Assembly: GCA_965261545.1 (NCBI GenBank)
Contig: CBDHDF010000010.1
Location: forward strand, 128,001 to 192,000
Direction of reading: 5' to 3'
DNA from: Bdellovibrionales bacterium
GTDB lineage: Bacteria > Bdellovibrionota > Bdellovibrionia > Bdellovibrionales > UBA1609
DNA: 64,000 nucleotides
Shown here: positions 61,588 to 64,000 of the stretch, piece after piece
Numbering within the stretch: the stretch's first letter is position 1
How the letters are laid out: each line of letters begins with the position of its first letter
Program-made: the position numbers and the translations under genes
The notes under the pieces: model-generated
Told to the model about the DNA's origin: nothing
Seen by the model: only the letters and a program-made list of their open reading frames with translations
Database searches by the model: none

Positions 61588-63302
61588 GTAACTATTCAGG
61601 GGGTGCTGCATTAATTCGAACAATTTTTTTAAAAAAAGTATAAAAATTCTTGACAAGTTTTTGAAGCAAACGACCTCTTTCATTTGTTCTTTATCGAATA
61701 TGTTCCTGCATATGCCTTAAACTCTCTGAGAGCCATAGTATTGAAAGATTGTGAAACATAGGTCGCAGGGGGCACTTCTCATTCCTTTTGCTTCTTAGAA
61801 CGAATCCTAGTGCATTTTTTTTAATGAAAAAAAGGCATGTTAATATTTTCATAAGGTAAGTATGAAAATAGAAAATATTGACGTGTCTTCAGCCATAAAT
61901 AAAATCAGGAAGCTTCTTAAGAAAGAGAAGTCCCTTTCTCCCGCTTTTATTGTGGCCATTGAGTTGTTGATCAAAATCATCACTATTCTAGTAAATCAAA
62001 AAAAATTAAATAGTCAAAACAGTAGTATTGCCCCTTCTCAAGATCCGAATGGCCCTAAAAAGAAACCTAAGGAAGAAACTGGTAAGAAGCCAGGAGGACA
62101 ACCCGGACACGAAGGAGCTACTTTAAAACCCGTGGATACTCCAGACAAGGTGGAGTTCATTTCTATTAATAAAGAGGAACTTCCTCCAGGTGATTACATT
62201 TCTTCTGGAGTTGAAAAGCGTCAAGTATTTGAGGTAGACCTTTCTGTGCATGTCACGGAGTATCAAGGAGAAATCCTCGAAGACCAAGATGGGAATCAGT
62301 GGGTTGCAGGTTTTCCAGAAGGAATCAATAACCCAACTCAATATGGCCCTTCTGTGAAAGCTCACTCAGTTTATATGTCCCAGTTTCAGTTAATCCCTCA
62401 TCTTCGAGTCGCAAGTTACTTTAATCAATGGGGTCTATCGCTTGCTGGATCTACGGTACACAATTTTAACAAATCTGCCTTTGAGGCTCTGGAAGCTTTT
62501 GAGGAGTGGGCAAAGGAAACTCTTCTGAACTCACCTTTGATTCATGCTGACGAAACTGGAGTGAATGTTAATGGGAAGAGGCTGTGGTTTCACCTCTTGT
62601 CCAATGATACTGTGGTTCTCTATCAGGTGGACGAAAAAAGAGGCGCAGAGGCTATGGATCGCATGGGAATTCTTCCAAAATACACAGGGATTGTTTGTCA
62701 TGACCATTGGAAACCTTATTATACATATACTTCCTGCATTCATGCCCTTTGCAATGCGCACCATTTAAGGGAGCTTCAAAGAGCTTGGGAGCAAGATGAT
62801 CAAAAATGGGCAAAAGAAATGAAGTCTCTTTTAGAGACAATAAACAAAGAGGTGCACGATACGCAGAACCAATGCCTTTCACAAGACCGAATTGAATATT
62901 ACAAAGAGAAATATCGAAATATTCTCTTCGAAGGGGAAAAGGAATCTCCATTAATGGAGAGGACAGAGAAAAAAAAGAAGGGAAAGGTTAAACAATCCAA
63001 ATCTAGAAATTTACTAGATCGACTGAGAAACTTTGAAGATGATACCTTGCTCTTTATGAAGGACCCCATAGTTCCATTTACGAATAATATAGCAGAAAAT
63101 GATCTGAGAATGACCAAAGTTCAGCAGAAAATATCTGGGTGCTTTCGTTCGTTGATGGGAGCCAAGACATTTTGTAGAAACCGAAGCTTTCTCCTGACTT
63201 GCCAGAAAAATGGCATAGAACCTAAAGATGCTCTAAATATGCTATTTCAAGGAAAACTTCCCTCATTTATGACTCGAATTCGCCCACCCCCTGAATAGTT
63301 AC
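61588..63302 (+). mobile_element. IS66-family element (single-ORF type)
   Basis: IRs gtaactattcagggg / cccctgaatagttac; no matching TSD. Confidence 0.9.
61862..63298 (+). CDS. IS66-family transposase
   Basis: NSSIAPSQD, GGQPGH, HADET, CHDHW, CNAHHLREL and FTNNIAENDLR. Confidence 0.93.
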   Translation: MKIENIDVSSAINKIRKLLKKEKSLSPAFIVAIELLIKIITILVNQKKLNSQNSSIAPSQDPNGPKKKPKEETGKKPGGQPGHEGATLKPVDTPDKVEFISINKEELPPGDYISSGVEKRQVFEVDLSVHVTEYQGEILEDQDGNQWVAGFPEGINNPTQYGPSVKAHSVYMSQFQLIPHLRVASYFNQWGLSLAGSTVHNFNKSAFEALEAFEEWAKETLLNSPLIHADETGVNVNGKRLWFHLLSNDTVVLYQVDEKRGAEAMDRMGILPKYTGIVCHDHWKPYYTYTSCIHALCNAHHLRELQRAWEQDDQKWAKEMKSLLETINKEVHDTQNQCLSQDRIEYYKEKYRNILFEGEKESPLMERTEKKKKGKVKQSKSRNLLDRLRNFEDDTLLFMKDPIVPFTNNIAENDLRMTKVQQKISGCFRSLMGAKTFCRNRSFLLTCQKNGIEPKDALNMLFQGKLPSFMTRIRPPPE

Positions 63303-63390
63303 TATGAATCTCCGGGGTAGTTTGGACGCACGAATCCACTATCCGTTCTTCGAATTTTTTCAAATGTCCGAGTTTTTAAATCATCCTACA

Positions 63391-64000
63391 TTACATGAAA
63401 TCATACTTTTTTAACGCTCTAATCCACCTTGGTGCATTTTTTTTCACCATGAGCTTTTCATAGTCAATTCCAGGGTCTTTGTAGGGGGTGTCATTACTTA
63501 TGACTGAATAAACAACTCCCATCATTTTGTGACCAACGGCAATCACTGATCTCTTGTGCCCACGCCTTATAACAAGTGATTGGTATTTGCCTTTGAATTG
63601 TGAATTCGTCTTAATAGCACTATTGGCCATCTCACATACCAACGATTTCACATATGTGTTCGCTTTCCTCGTTCGTGAAGACTTTTTTTCCTGCGCTCTC
63701 ATTATTGGATGGGCAAATCCCCATCCAGGAGCAAAAATTTCCTTTATTTTTAAAAGACTTCACATTGCCTCCTATTTCTGCAATCAAAAGCGCTGCACTT
63801 AATTCGTCAATTCCAGGTATAGTCTGGAGTAGATGCCACTGCCTTTCATAGGGTTTCATACGAATGAAAAGTTCTTCTTCAATTTGAGAGCATTCTTTTT
63901 TCAAAAAATCTATTCGATCAAGAATGCGTTGAAGAACAAAACGATTTTCTTCCGTCATCTTTCCCGACAGGGCGTAAGAAAATTCTTCGGTCTTTTGACG
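63391..64000 (-). pseudogene. IS110-family transposase, C-terminal half, frameshifted
   Basis: TIPGI...AEIG...SW.GICP.NNESAGK then KSSRTRKAN...AVGHK in another frame. The shift is at an A7 run (~63683-63689). Continues past the window edge. Confidence 0.85.

Overview
This is a low-GC bacterial accessory region, probably from Bdellovibrionota/Oligoflexia. That assignment is inferred from the sigma54 systems, the TonB receptor and the gene style. More than half of the window is mobile DNA: two IS256, an IS4 with a passenger gene, three IS21, IS1634, an IS91-like element, a tandem ISNCY pair, IS66, an IS110 remnant, two group II introns (one ORF-less), a minimal large-serine-recombinase element inside the intron RT gene, and three copies of a tyrosine integrase/xis module with variable cargo. 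Defence-type cargo includes a dCTP deaminase, a TIR-STAND protein and an AbiEi fragment. The most interesting non-mobile locus (about 11.9-21.9 kb) is a translationally coupled operon: sigma54 promoter, NtrC-type regulator (split by IS21), radical SAM/SPASM enzyme lacking AuxI ligands, secreted 123-aa precursor-like protein, orphan family-5 peptide-binding protein and hybrid histidine kinase. It looks like a modified-peptide signalling circuit. All calls come from reading the sequence by eye; no searches were run.
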